Source of the DNA: Calditrichia bacterium
GTDB lineage: Bacteria; Calditrichota; Calditrichia; JAJRVZ01
NCBI GenBank assembly: GCA_963777955.1
Contig: CAVZSQ010000021.1
Location: 122,621 to 186,620, forward strand
Length of the DNA: 64,000 nt
Direction of reading: 5' to 3'
The notes under the pieces were generated by a model that was given only the letters and a program-made list of their open reading frames with translations, had not been told where the DNA came from and did not search any database. Within the stretch, counting starts at the first letter, position 1. Each line of letters starts with the position of its first letter. A program made the position numbers and the translations under genes. Positions 63,738-64,000 of this stretch are shown one piece after another.

Positions 63738-64000
63738 ATGTATATAAAAGAAATTCATTCCAATACTATTCTCTCCGCCTCGCAGGTTTACGATTACGTC
63801 ATCAATCCCTATGTCGGCTGCCAGCAGGCCTGTTCATATTGTTATGACGGAATTAGGAAAATATTTGAACCTCCGTATGAATTATCACCATGCCGACGGG
63901 ATTTACAATAAATTTGGCTGGAACGATAAAAATACTGATGACTATTTTAGCAGAACAAGCCGCAAGATTGCAGATGAGTGCAGGAAACTGGGAATAGACT
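63738..64000 (+). pseudogene. Internally deleted second copy of the radical SAM gene (runs off the window)
   Basis: 63738-63846 ~ 61155-61263; 63844-63871 ~ 61576-61603; 63874-64000 ~ 61755-61881. Confidence 0.92.

Noticed and set aside
61155..64000. Diversity-generating retroelement (TR/VR pair) explanation for the radical SAM duplicate
   Set aside because: The 10 mismatches are not adenine-specific in either direction (they include C/T and G/T changes), the copy has large deletions, and no reverse transcriptase is in the window.

Overview
Bacterial chromosomal window, most likely from the FCB superphylum (possibly Calditrichota/KSB1-like; inferred from a short RpoD-type sigma lacking region 1.1, a DUF4835 protein, an FCB-type LptD-like protein and a homodimeric GlyRS). 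Positions 1-28.6 kb are minus-strand housekeeping genes: uppS, folC, rho-rpmE-DUF1385-prfA-prmC-rnr-lptD-tonB/exbBD-holB-ricT-metG-tatD-rsmA-recO-glyQS, a membrane protein plus hybrid histidine kinase, then nuoABCDH with no nuoEFG between D and H. Positions 28.7-49.4 kb are further core genes: lepA-lepB-hemW, TPR protein, hisJ, enoyl-reductase, acyl-CoA dehydrogenase/etfAB, sigma70, lysA-alr, tyrS, smpB and tRNA-Leu(CAG). From about 49.5 kb the window looks accessory. It holds dacB, polX, several REP/REPIN-like palindrome families, and a TetR-RND-MFS module bracketed by an inverted pair of ~150-bp REPIN-like elements. It ends with a decayed cassette-like array (small membrane protein, radical SAM, lipase, SRPBCC) that contains two attC-like sites with GTC instead of GTT, plus an internally deleted second copy of the radical SAM gene. 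About 20 frameshifts, many in essential genes, are best explained as sequencing or assembly indels. No integrase, transposase, reverse transcriptase, CRISPR array or rRNA was seen. All family assignments come from motif recognition, not database searches.
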